Shown here: piece by piece, positions 12,216 to 23,827 of the stretch | How the letters are laid out: the number at the start of each line of letters is the position of its first letter | Position numbering within the stretch: the first letter of the stretch is position 1 | Source of the DNA: Psammoneis japonica | Lineage: Eukaryota | Length of the DNA: 64,000 nt | NCBI GenBank assembly: GCA_008632985.1 | Contig: QPGO01000089.1 | Span: 186,001 to 250,000 of the forward strand | Reading direction: 5' to 3' | Notes under the pieces: generated by a model | Databases searched by the model: none | Told to the model about the DNA's origin: nothing | Seen by the model: the letters and a program-made list of their open reading frames with translations, nothing else | Program-made: the position numbers and the translations under genes

Positions 12216-14311
12216 TCAGTTCTCTGCCAAAGGTGAGTCGATCGTCTCGTTCTCGTTGCGAATTAGATCTGCTGGAGTTAAGTCATTGAATGTCGTCCGC
12301 ACACGATTGCCATGTAGACCTGAAGGCTTGGGTCCTTGACGGTTTCCCTCTGTGCGTTTGATTGCGTATATCTTTGGAAGTCGGTTCGAGACGAAATGAC
12401 GATTGCCTGTCAAAGTAGTCCGTGGTTCCGACGGAGATACACCACGATTGCCAGCAAACTCGCTTCTTGCGTGTGCGCTGAATGCTTGTAAACGTCCAAT
12501 ACGGCAGTAACCCGGTGCCAACCAACGCACTTTTTAGTGCAACGGTTGTTTAAGTAGGAACCATATGAGGGCCAGCCTCTGCTTTCTTTTCTTTTTGAAC
12601 GCACGCTGAACGCCTGTAGACGTCGTGGACTAAGACGGTGTGCTTGATACCCCCGAAGGGCAACCTTTTTCGTGAAGGTTGTAAGGTGGTTCAGACCGCT
12701 TGAGTTGCTCATTGAGCATCTCATATCTGATTCCCCGTAGGTTTAATACTCCTATGGGTCGCCGGCCCGTTATATCAGCTATTCTCCACGTCCCACAGCG
12801 TTTGAAGATCTGTTTGTATCGTTCGTTCGTATTGATCTACTCGCTGAGTTATACTTTGTAACTCACACTCTTTTTTCAGATTTTGATTTCTATTTCAACA
12901 GATGATATGAATGGCGAAGCGTGTTGTTGAGAAGCCACGCTGACACTCGCATCTACAATTGCTCTGGATAGTGACGTTGAGGTTTCATTGTTATGGCTCT
13001 ATGGAATTTGAAGTCGCTTGCAAGAAGACAATGTATTGATTCAGATCGATAAGAGTTTCCTCAAGCTCCTTCAAGTATCTGACATTCGAGTCATTCGGGT
13101 TTAAAAATATGCTTCCCAACGTGCATCTACCTCCCATCTTAATCACGTCAAAGTAGCAGACGACACTCCTACGCAACAGGTGCGTCTCTGCGCTCATTCG
13201 GATCGATAAGGCTTTTTATGCTCTTCCAAGCATCTGATACGCGGAAGTGCATCAACCTACAACCTTCGTGAAGTCTCAGCAACAGACGATGCTCCTACTC
13301 AACCGGTGCGTCCATGAGCCACTTTGGTTGCTCCACTTGACGTGTTCTCCAAGGAATATAAAAGTAGCTAGCAAACGCTCCCTCGCACAGCTCGATGCGA
13401 CTCTCTAAGCTCTGACGGCTGATCCATCCCAATTTATGTGATAGTGGCTGTGCATTTCATGTAGTAGTCGACCCGAGCGCTCTCTCCAAGACATGCCCGT
13501 CGCTGTAATTTATTCAAGCGCTTGCATTCACTACCACCGCCCCAAGCCCGTAACCGTGTGTGCCCAAGTGGTGGGACAATCAGGATTCCCGACGTGGAGA
13601 ATCGCTTTCAATATCAAAGTGGTGCTTGCTTCATATGATTTCCTATTTCCTCGTCTGTATTTGCTGCAACTCCTTTCACAATTACTGACTGGGTGCTGCG
13701 AGTACCAAGATGTCTTCTTTAGCGAGCCAACATTGCCTGCTGTATTTTGGCTGCGACCATTCGTCTTGTCACACCATCAAGAACACGTGTCGCGCCAAAG
13801 CGTCCTTTGCAGCAATACGACACGATGACCAGGCCTAAATTCGAGCGACGGGAAAGCGGAAGGAGTAGATGTAGCACTTAATACCACCCGTCCCTCTCTC
13901 GTAATAGCTCCACACTCGGAGACGAGTGATAGGCCAATACTGTATCCCTCGCGAGTTTGACTATCCATCGTGGTACCCTAGTTGAATTATCCCAGAGCGA
14001 TATTAGATATGTTGCTTGACCATTTTGTAGTAGGGATAGCGTCACACATCGTACTTACACGTCTATCGTTATCATAGGCTCCGCACTCACTCTCTAGCAG
14101 TCTGCAATAATTGCTTCTTTTCTTATCGAGACTCACAACCCTCGCGCGTTTGGGGGCTGAACTAAAACAACAAACACAGAGGCAAACATGGGAAACTTTT
14201 TAGCTACTTGACATCCGCCTGTGTTAATAGTACGACATAACTAGCAGAACGACGTTCCGCCAAAGATACCCCGCCGTTCGATGACGGGTAGACTAGAGCG
14301 GCGCATTTCTT

Positions 14312-15280
14312 TTACCAAGGAATCCGAAGGCCATCTTCACAGTTGATGAACTGTCCAGTAGTTTCCATGGAGGCACGGATCGTCTCATAAAGAACACGCT
14401 TGGCACCATCGCTGGGGTCTACAGCGCCTTCCTTGTCCCAGATTTCCTTGTATTTTGCAGTCATTTCGGTGCGGTTAAATCCAGGATGCAACAGAACAAC
14501 GCAGTATCCCTTCTTTCGCAGTTCCTCTGCTTGGAGAACTCCAGCCATATTGCAAGCTGCGCGAGACATGTGATGGCCGTAGTCTCCACCTTCGTCCTTG
14601 TTTTGAGTAGCTCGCCATTCACAAGAACCCGCCTGAGAAGTAATAATGATTAACTTGGCATCTTCTGCCAAGGCATTTGCATTGACAAGTGCCGAGTTGA
14701 CGCGAAGCGGGCCCAGTGCACAAATGTTGATCTGCTTGAGTTGTTCTTCAAAGTTAAGGGAATCGTCCGAGATGCTTTCAAACGCTTCCATAAAGTATCC
14801 CGCATTGTTGATGACAACGTCGATAGCTCCTCCATCGCCCTTGACTGCTTTTGCCATCTTCTTGACTGCTTCATCATCTGTGACATCCACTCCACTGTAG
14901 ACGTTCCATTTTCCGACGAGTTGTTCGAGCTCCTTATTGGAAGAGCGGCAAACCACAATGGCAGTCGCACCAATTTGAACCAGCTCTTTGGTAATCTCAA
15001 GGCCCAAACCACGGTTACCACCCGTCACAAGCACACGCTTTCCCGACAAGTCACCACCGTCATACACACTTTTGATATCCAAGTATCGCTCGTTGTTTGT
15101 CTTTTTGGCATTCTCGAAACGAGCTGTTTGGTCTGCAATCGAGTACTCTTCAGACATTTTCAAAGCAGATGAAGTCGCGGATGCAAAACGAGGGCGAGGC
15201 GCTGAGAAGGAAAGAACTGGAGCTGTTGTTAAGAAAGCAATAACTGCTACACGAATCGTGGATTTTGTGACGGCAAGCAT
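14312..15280 (-). CDS. Short-chain dehydrogenase/reductase, probably plastid-targeted
   Basis: [20 protein letters not shown] variant of the catalytic helix, LHPG; hydrophobic leader ending VLS-F followed by a Ser/Ala/Arg-rich transit-like stretch. Confidence 0.92.
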   Translation of the reverse strand: MLAVTKSTIRVAVIAFLTTAPVLSFSAPRPRFASATSSALKMSEEYSIADQTARFENAKKTNNERYLDIKSVYDGGDLSGKRVLVTGGNRGLGLEITKELVQIGATAIVVCRSSNKELEQLVGKWNVYSGVDVTDDEAVKKMAKAVKGDGGAIDVVINNAGYFMEAFESISDDSLNFEEQLKQINICALGPLRVNSALVNANALAEDAKLIIITSQAGSCEWRATQNKDEGGDYGHHMSRAACNMAGVLQAEELRKKGYCVVLLHPGFNRTEMTAKYKEIWDKEGAVDPSDGAKRVLYETIRASMETTGQFINCEDGLRIPW

Positions 15281-15464
15281 AGTCGTACTTTACACGATCA
15301 ACAGCAAAAGGTCGTTGATAACACCAACAACGTGTTGACTCACTTCCAATCACACACAATGCGACGATGGATCTTCTGTCTTGTTCCCAAAAATGCCACG
15401 AGGAAGGCAACTGACGTACGCGCGGCACGGTATCTTCCGGGTTATTTTGCTGCGGTCCAGCTAA

Positions 15465-15735
15465 AAACTACTCTAGCTAGAGAGTAGCGAATAGATAGAG
15501 TAGCTCTACTCTCTCTACCGTAGTAGGGTAGAAAGGAGTACTTACTGTAGTAGAACTAGAGATTCTCTACTCTATAGAGCTAGAGAGTAGAGAGTAGCTA
15601 GCTCGCTACGCTACTCTCTAGAGAGTAGAGAGTAGAGCTATCTAGAGTAGCTCGCTATCTTAGTAGAGAGTAGCTACTACTACTAGCTAGAGCTCTACTA
15701 CTAGCTCTAGTAGAGTAAGTAGAGAGCTACATTAG
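15465..15735. repeat. TAG/CTA/AGAG-rich low-complexity quasi-palindromic satellite
   Basis: Built almost entirely from AGAGTAG, CTACTCT, CTAG and TAGC units in both orientations. Confidence 0.85.
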
Positions 15736-16281
15736 AGCCTCAAAGTACCATACTCTTTTTCAGACACTTCAATCTCCATAAGTAACCAGACGATACCGTA
15801 GCAGATTATGCCATCTCTGATACTCTAGAATGATGCATGGGAGGTGGAGGTGCTTCAGTCATGCTGCTCTGCAAGTATGCTGCCAGTGCTGATCATGTTT
15901 TGCTAGATTTGTCTCCGAGTATCTTTAGAGTAAGTTGGACTTATGAGAGAAACAAAGCGAGCAACAGGAAGCGCTACACGGAAACAAGGCACCTATACTT
16001 CTCGCTAAGCGAAACTAAACAAACCAGAGGGGTAACTCAATCACAACAGCCAACCGAGCCAATATCGAAAACAGATAGGAGGGTCACCTTAAAACTTGTC
16101 AATCCTCTCGATAAACAGCAGCCTGTACTGTCCCTACAACAAAGAACACACACTCTCTCGGATCACCTTAACATGCCAATCCTATTGATGGAAAGAAATC
16201 CGCAATGTCTACGCAGCAAAATACAATCCAAACACTCTTCCCAACACACACACACACACATATATTTCAGGACTTTTGCTT

Positions 16282-17422
16282 TTACGCGACGCCATCGGTG
16301 ACTTCTTCATCGGGTTGCTGTCCTTCAAAAAAGAGCGCATTGATAAAGAGCGAGGATCCAATGACAAGGCCCTTTGTTGCGGCGTCCGCCTCCTCGGGAA
16401 ACTTGATATCAAATGCATCAGCTTCGGTAAAGAGCTCCGTGAAGAAACTCTTTGGCGTCTTCATGACTTGGCCCGCATATTCTGTTCCGGGGCCATGAGT
16501 GTCTCTTTGGTCAATATCAAAAATATTGAAGGACTCTTTGCAACAGCCATTGCGTCGGCAGGGATTGCCTTCGGCGCAGCAATTGACGAAGCAACCACCA
16601 CAACATGTGGGCTGGTGCATTTTGTAAATGGCTTTTCCATCAGCATCATAAATCTTGAACGTCGGTACGCAGAGAAAGCAGTCCTCCTGTAGCCTACCAA
16701 GATACTCTCCACCACTGTACACTTTCATTTGTTGCTGACAGCAGCACTTGCAGCAACAGAGTGGAATACGGCAAGGACGTTTGACGGTCAGCATTTCATC
16801 TTTTGTGCTAAGCTCCTTGACGACCATTTTGAATGGGTGGTTTGGGGAACAAAACGTACGACAGCAGCAGCCACTATCCTCGAGCGAGCTGGCAATGTGG
16901 TTACCGTCCACAAAGTACTTCATCTCTGTTGAAAAACAACATAGAAAGAATGGTTGATCACGGCGATGTATGTTGAGACAGTATGTGAGCGGGGAAATCT
17001 AGTATGGTTCCGAGCGAGAGAACTTAGACATATAGCTGAACGTAGCAACCTCTGAGCTCGGAGCAGCATCACTCACCTGTTTGATGTTTGATATGGTAAG
17101 TTTATCCGGCGATGTATGGCGAGACATAAGTAAACAAGATAATGCGTAGAGAAGTTGCGAGAGAAACCAGACTTAGAAATTACTTACCTGTTCTGGCTTC
17201 GCATCCCATGAGTTCCTACAAGGGAAACATAGAAATACAACGTCAACATGCCGTTCGCCAAAAATCGCTGACACAAACATACCGATACGATGATTTATAG
17301 CTTACTCTGCACCAGCCTCGACGTGTCTGCCGGACCTGCATTTTATTTGTACTGTTGACATGATTCTTCAAGGCGTCAGAGCCACGGTCTATCATCGTTT
17401 GAGTAGCTGGGGCGGACGCCAT
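16282..17422 (-). CDS. Phospholipid scramblase family protein (3 exons: 17422-17306, 17215-17188, 16925-16282)
   Basis: Spliced MASAP...QTRRGWCR|ELMGCEARTE|MKYF...EDSGCCCRTFC...RPCR..CCKCCCQQ...FTEADAFDIKFP; GT-AG sites keep the frame. Confidence 0.9.
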
Positions 17423-17689
17423 GGTGGCGGGTGATGCGTTCTTGATTTTTTGTGATATGATAATAAATACTGTAAATGAGAATCCGGGATTGGCGAATAA
17501 TCAGCAAAAATTAGCGTTTCGAGCGAAATTAGCCGAAAGTTCTCTTGGTATTGAAATACCCGTTTACGACGTCATCGATTTCACGCAAAAGTAATCAAAA
17601 TAGGCAAAAAATCGAGCTTAACTTTGAAAACTTTCTTTGAAAAGAAAATGCGCGCTGAAACCCATCCAAAAGCATCATACTCTGCAATC

Positions 17690-19900
17690 CGTCCATTTCT
17701 CCATTGGCACCAAACGCACAGCTGCAACTTCTGAAAGAACTCATGGATGAGGCACCTCTGTTCCAACTTCAATGGTGACACCGGCAGGCCACACCAGGGT
17801 GCCCGCACAGTGACTCACATCAAGAGCACACACAGTGGGCAACAGGGGATCATTTTGCTTCTGATGCGCGTCCAGCATTGACTGGTGCTCACGGCCCTGC
17901 TCATTCAATGGTGCAGCGCCATTGACTCATTGCCGCAGTGCATGCGATGTGACCTGATGTGACACTGCATCCATGCATGCACCCACATCCAAGCACCATT
18001 GCTTTTGATGGCACACAAGAAACCTGCACAACTGCTGTCGCCAGCGCTGCTCTGTCGCGCCAAGGCAAAAAATCCAGTGCTGAGCGAAAAATTCCACAAG
18101 CAGCCGCTCCCACTCCCTCACACATCTGAACACCTTGGCAACAACTTGCATGGATTGGCAGCCCAAAAGGGCTTCTTGTTGGGGCACTGCAGCCGGCAGG
18201 TCCCTGGTGATTGATCTGAAGCAAAAGCGACCCAGCAGGAGTCGCAACAGGAGGGCCGGGTGTTGTGAGTTTGCCAGACGCGCTCCAGCTCTAGAGGTGG
18301 GACCTTGCACTGCTGCACTGTGACATCAACAGTCTTTTGGATCACATCACATGCCACGCATGCACATTTCCACATGTCACATTCTGCGAAATTGTTTCAT
18401 GCTCCCTGTTTTGCGAAGCCAAAGGCTTTCTATTTTCAACATTTGTGAGAATGAAAATGCACTGGGTGTGTGGTCTTTAATGTCTGTTGAACATGCCCGG
18501 GCAAACTGTCAATCATGTGCTCCAAGCATGGAGGAGGAGATGCGTTCGCAAAGTTGCCTCTTTTTCTGTTTTGGCGATCATGTGAATTTTCATTGCAGTG
18601 CAACATCTGGTGTGCCAACAATCTGGGTCTGACCGTCTGCCACAATCTGGGCATTTCTTGACTTTGGTGCCAGATTTTTGTCAACTTGCAAGCCAATTCT
18701 CTCCTCAAACATGGCATGAGAACTGTGTGAGTTTGTGAGCTTCTAAAACCAAAATCGCTTCTCACTTTTAAGTGTGTCATTCCTTTCACATGATGCAGAC
18801 CTGCGCCCCAATTGACATTTGGGGTTTCTCGTTCTTTCAACACAAATGTTGCTGCTTGTGATCCACCCTCCTTTTCTGCCAACTCGCCCTGCATTTTATC
18901 TCATTGCCGCGCCATTTTCAAATCCAAATTCCCAATTGCCACACGTTGTTGCATCCAAACCGCATCACAGAATGTTTTTTTTTTAATTTTCACTTGTCTG
19001 GATGTTGTTGTTTGTTTCAAATTAAGTTCACACACCAGTTTGGTTGGTGGCCATTGCGGCATTTGCTGCTGCTCCGTTGCCTGCAGCCACCGCCTGCAAT
19101 GGCAGGTCCTCTCCCATTGGCGCCGCCCATCCTTCCTCTCTCTCCTTTCTTTTTTCCTCTCTTTTGCGTTTCTTGTTTTCCTCCTGAGACAAGTTTGTCT
19201 TCTCTCGCCTTCTCTCCTTGAACCATGCACCGAATCCCTGGTTGTTCTCTCTGTCTTTCACCACCTGCTGACACAGATCATTGCACTTCTCGATCCCCTC
19301 CTTGCTCCATCCTTGGTTACTCTTTGCCAATTCCCCCGCCGCCTGCGCTGTGTGCTTTGCAGGAGCAGCATCTTTCACAGTTGGCTTTCTTCTCCTTGCA
19401 ATGTTTTCTTCCTTTTCCAATTTCTCTGCCGTGTCCTTCACCTTGTTGCAGCAGTTCAAGCACACCAGCAGAGCAAGCGCCTCCGACGAAACCGAAAGCC
19501 ATTCCTGAAGCATGTCGGTTGTGCTTCTGCCAAACTGCGCTTGTCCCACCACCGTCGGCACCACAGTTTCCAAGAACCACACGCATGTGTCCTTGCCATT
19601 TCTTCCCTTTGTCAAGTCTTCGTAAGCCACCAGCAATCCCTCTAAAGCAGCAACTGCACAGACAATGGCAAAGGAAGAGACACTCATCCCGTTGGACAAT
19701 CGCCTCCAACACAATCACCGGCACGCACACATCTGCTTGCCTGTCATTCTCCTCCTGATGTTGTCCTGCACATTGTTCCTCTTTCGGTTGAGTTTGGTGA
19801 ACGGGAATCCGAGGCTTGCAATGCAAAAATGACGGGTGCATTTTGGTGGACGATCCAAAGGCATGAAGCGACATGTGTGTCGGTTTGTGATTCACGTCAT
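17690..19900. other. TpA-depleted block 4
   Basis: TA nearly absent; Tyr-poor, Cys/His-rich translations. Confidence 0.8.
18436..19700 (-). mobile_element. Decayed repeat/transposon-associated ORF
   Basis: SVSSEALALLVCLNCC...KHT...GWSKEGIEKCNDLCQQVVKDR resembles a high-copy diatom repeat-borne protein pattern (EA.ALL..N...KYT...GWS.EG...N.L...V..DR) recalled from memory; no transposase core or termini identified. Confidence 0.5.
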
Positions 19901-19972
19901 GAAACAGTGTAACTCACGTGCTTGTTTCCCCACTTTACACGCTGCCCGTGCTCCCAGGTCCGCGGCAAATCC

Positions 19973-20293
19973 AAAATGAAGAAAGCATTTTGTCAACTGG
20001 GCAACATTTCGTTTTTTCCTCCCATTGCCTTGGCGTTCTGTTTTGTGCCCACTTCTGTGGAAAGCTAAATTGTTGTGGCCGTTGCTCCCGAAAACGGAAG
20101 CAATCGAAGAGCATTTTGCCAGCGACAAGCCTTGCATTCCGCTGATCTCAAGGCGGCCGCCACGAAAATCATTGTGAGCGTCATCGAAAACACGACCCAG
20201 AGCATCAAGGAGGACAAGGATGCCATCAAGGCATCCAAAGCGCTCAAGGCCTTTACAAAAAAGCAACAAAAGCAAAAGGGTGGTGCGGCATGA
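19973..20293 (+). pseudogene. Tyrosyl-tRNA synthetase C-terminal domain fragment
   Basis: KMKKAFCQLGNISFFPPIALA...*...PENG...LHSADLK matches KKAFCEPGN...PENGG...LHPGDLK; has an internal stop and a deletion. Confidence 0.7.
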
Positions 20294-20348
20294 AGTGACA
20301 AGAGTGTAAAGGATACATGGTCCACAAAGGTCATCTACATGTTCTTCG

Positions 20349-21214
20349 TTGAACTTGGTGACTACCTTGAGGTATTCGCCCAACTCTACATGTACTCTCC
20401 ATAGTCCATTGGAGGTATCTTGGGCCAAAAGTACGGATCTCTCGTACAGCACGACAAAAGCGCCTAGTGCTCTGCAGTGGCTCCCGTCGTCGCAAACTAC
20501 TGGTAAGAAGTGTCCATATAATTATTCGCGCAATGTCAGGCTATTCACGCTCGATCCTTGGTACCATGAAACGCTTGATTATTGTGGAGGTACAGAGACA
20601 CTAATCGGGGCACTTGGCGGACATGAACTGCCGTCTTCCTTATTTCATGAGGTACCTCGCTGGGATTTGTCGACTCTGTACAGTACGAGTACCAGTAGGG
20701 ATGTTACACCCGACATGCTCTCACTCGACTGGGCTTCGACTGGACTCAAGGATCGAATGTCGCGGGCTGCAGCACAGCCCATGTCTGACAAGCTCTTGTC
20801 GAATCTTGTGAATCATCAAAGCGTGTTTTGGTGGACTGTTATCCTAGAGCGGCGTTTACTGCTGACTCGTTAGGTCGGTTGCCTCTTCATTATGTCGTGG
20901 ATAATCCAGACTTGATATCCGATGGATCGACAAGTGGTGATGATGGCCGTCATCCCGATTACCGCATCCTCGCTTTCGTGCATACCAACCCTAGTGCATC
21001 GACTTCACGAGACCCTGTCACCGGTCTGTATCCTGCGCAGAACCTTTCAGCAACAACTGCAAGTTTGCTGGAAAGATCAGTGCAAGGCGAGAAAGCAGCA
21101 CGGGTTAGGGCGAAGATACCAATTGCATTGGAATGGATGTCGTTTACCGCAGTTCTTCATTGCAAACCCCAACGTACGCAATTTTCATTTGTAGATACGT
21201 TTGAATTAAACTAG
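20349..21214 (+). pseudogene. Fragmented ankyrin-like (GRLPLH-type) repeat protein
   Basis: YPRAAFTADSLGRLPLHY and RDPVTGLYP motifs; upstream part in other frames. Confidence 0.5.
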
Positions 21215-21365
21215 ATTTGAAATAGCAGCTACATAGAGAGATACTATTTTTCGTCATATTCTGGAGAGAAACTGAACTTTTGAGGGCTGAAGCGTGCAGC
21301 CATTCTGTCTGCACTAATCTACCATACAACTTGCTGTGGACACTGCATGCATCATCTTGGCTCAA

Positions 21366-21605
21366 TCACTGAAACTCCTCACATCCATCATAGCCGTGAG
21401 AACTCTCGAGATGCTCCAAAAGATGGTCAAAGGATGATATGCGACGGCCATGTCCGTTTGAACGTGGACAATCATTGCAATGCGCATAGTGCTGATGTCC
21501 CATCCTAACTTCAATGCCGTGCACCCCACGTATGTGATCCACCATGGATTCTTCGGTAGCTCCTCGAGCGGAACCAAATCCACAGCTGCAGCAGTATAGC
21601 GACAT
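21366..21605 (-). CDS. Small protein with two atypical C2H2 zinc fingers (79 aa)
   Basis: CCSC...HIRGVH and CNDC...HLESSH: two Cx2C...Hx4H units with hydrophobic residues before the first His. Confidence 0.55.
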   Translation of the reverse strand: MSLYCCSCGFGSARGATEESMVDHIRGVHGIEVRMGHQHYAHCNDCPRSNGHGRRISSFDHLLEHLESSHGYDGCEEFQ

Positions 21606-21910
21606 GGCTTTCCTGATTTTGTAACTGCTGAAGCTGTACGAGTATTGATCTGATTTGAAGAAGAAAAAAGAAATCGAAGGCGGCTTGTCTACTTCCCGAA
21701 AAAGGAACCAATGGAACATCACGACGAAAATTTCAATTTCGTATCATCATGTGCTAGTGCGTGACACGAAGTGTCAGTAACTGACACCATCAAAAGAAGC
21801 GTTGCCGAAGCAGGCGTAATGTGCTCGGGCAGACGGGAACAGAGTAGTTCGGAATGAACAAAAGTAACTGGGAACTGCTAAGTAGGCGAAGGAATACCCG
21901 CTACATTCAT

Positions 21911-23209
21911 TCATTGCATAGGCAATCCACATACACACACGAAGCCAACCCCTTTTTCATGACGATTCAAAACTCGAATACTGCTATACCCCGCTTTACC
22001 GCATCGTGGGCATGACGAATGTTCTAATCCACGAGCTCTAACTTGTTGGGCAGAGGCGACAAAACTCGGAATTGGCGGATTATAGCGACGGTGAATATCG
22101 TCCTGCTTGTGCTGCAGCGTCTGTAAAAGCGCATCTTGTCGCTCTTCCCGTGGCAGGTCTGGATGCCAAAATCGCAGGAGCAAGACGGCCCGACTCGAAT
22201 CAGTATTGTTAACAACCTCGTGTTCAAACGAGTCGTCAAACACCAAGACACGTCCTTCTTTCCAATTGTACCACTTGTCAGCTACTCGAATGGCACATGT
22301 CTCCTCGCTCACGGGAATGGACAGGCCCAGATGAGCGGTCAACCGCAAGTTTGTAGTCCCGCAGTGAGGCCGTATTCTTGTTTTCGGCGCAAGTACAGAA
22401 AATATGACTTCCCCGCCTCCGGCTTCAGCTAAACCAACAGCCTCAGGAATGTGTTTTTGAATTAAATCACAAGTTTTGGGAGCTACGTTTCTCGTGTTTG
22501 AAGCCCCGCTTCCGAAAAGGACGATTTCTCTCCAGTCTCCATCCACAACTTTGGAGTCGTGTTGCCCTGCTCCGTCTCGATGATCTCCAGATCCTACGGA
22601 TGGCCAATGATTTGGGGTTTTATTTTTTGCACCGACGAGATCTTTAAACTCCTTTTGAATGGCGTGATAATTCTCTTCGAGAACGGAGCACCACGACGGT
22701 CGACCTTCATTTTCGTAGTGCGCCTTTGGAGTCTTTGTTTCCATAGGATACAGGTATCCAGGTCGTTGATAGGCATCTTTCCAGTGGCTGTCGTCTTGTT
22801 TAATTACCCAGTTTACCATTCGGCATGCCATACTCAGCTCGTATCGGCCATCCTTCTTGGCATGAGCCTCGTCCTCGTATGAAGCAATCCATTCTTGAAT
22901 TGCCAAGATTCTTGAGCTGCCCGAACAAGCAATGGCTATCAGAAGATATTGTCTCGCCTTTGCTTCGTTCTGAGCATCCAAATGACATCCCGCCATGAAT
23001 ACCAACAACGGAGCAAGCTCGTGTTCTTGTGTTTCTTGCTGGCAACGATCATTCAAAAAGTCTTCAAATCGATCTATATCCACGCAGCGTGTAGTGGTAA
23101 GTTGTGATTCTAAAACAGCGTCGAAGCAGTCCATGGCAGCCAAGTAATCAGACTGATTGTACCACAATTCGAGTCCGTTGATCCATTCAGAAATTTGAAT
23201 CGAATTCAT
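21911..23209 (-). CDS. Aspartyl/asparaginyl beta-hydroxylase domain protein with helical N-terminus
   Basis: FSVLAPKTRIRPHCGTTNLRLTAHLGL, WKEGRVLVFDDSFEHEV, RFWHPDL. Confidence 0.93.
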   Translation of the reverse strand: MNSIQISEWINGLELWYNQSDYLAAMDCFDAVLESQLTTTRCVDIDRFEDFLNDRCQQETQEHELAPLLVFMAGCHLDAQNEAKARQYLLIAIACSGSSRILAIQEWIASYEDEAHAKKDGRYELSMACRMVNWVIKQDDSHWKDAYQRPGYLYPMETKTPKAHYENEGRPSWCSVLEENYHAIQKEFKDLVGAKNKTPNHWPSVGSGDHRDGAGQHDSKVVDGDWREIVLFGSGASNTRNVAPKTCDLIQKHIPEAVGLAEAGGGEVIFSVLAPKTRIRPHCGTTNLRLTAHLGLSIPVSEETCAIRVADKWYNWKEGRVLVFDDSFEHEVVNNTDSSRAVLLLRFWHPDLPREERQDALLQTLQHKQDDIHRRYNPPIPSFVASAQQVRARGLEHSSCPRCGKAGYSSIRVLNRHEKGVGFVCVCGLPMQ

Positions 23210-23544
23210 ATTGTCGGGTAAGGAGCAGCGGAAGAAGTCTGAAATGTAGTTGTCAACCTATACCACGGAGAAGCAGAGACGGATCAGTTCCTGGATCTGA
23301 GCATACATCGAGGTGGCAGCTGGCAGCCCCAACCAACAGAAAACTCTTTACTGTAGCAGAGTGAGAATCACGTCGACGCGAAGGGAACTGGGAAATACTG
23401 CGGACCTTATACCATTTCTGTTTGCGCTTCGTAGGCTAAGTGCACTTCACCATTCGACTGCGCTGATGCGTCTCATCGTTGGAAACTCGGAATGAACGTG
23501 CTTTGCTTATATTTTCAATTTGGGGAGCTCGCGCGAAAATTTTA

Positions 23545-23634
23545 GTCACGATTTGGCGGGACTCGCGGGCATGGAACGAGTCGTCAGTCCGCCGGACGAC
23601 TCGTTTGATGCCCGCGAGTCCCGCCAATCGCGAC
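23545..23634. repeat. About 40-bp-arm inverted repeat (hairpin/cruciform)
   Basis: Arm 23545-23585 is the near-perfect reverse complement of arm 23595-23634, with a 9-nt loop. Confidence 0.85.
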
Positions 23635-23827
23635 GACTCGTGACTCGTGTTCTGCGCCATCGCAACTGCGAGTGAAGCGCGAGCGAGTGAACCCAAATCT
23701 GGAATCGTTCACCACATGCAACAACATGAGACTGCACAGCGACATCCCACTCCCCAGGTTCTCCTCTTGAATACTTCACACGAGTCGTCGATATCGACTT
23801 TAAACTGCCACAAAATGAGAAAAGAAA

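Noticed and set aside
12216..14300. Short ORFs and a small internal repeat (RLQAFS twice)
   Set aside because: No recognisable domain, LTR pair or consistent gene structure
15465..15735. CRISPR array or telomeric repeat
   Set aside because: No constant repeat with unique spacers, no fixed TTAGGG-type unit, and no cas genes
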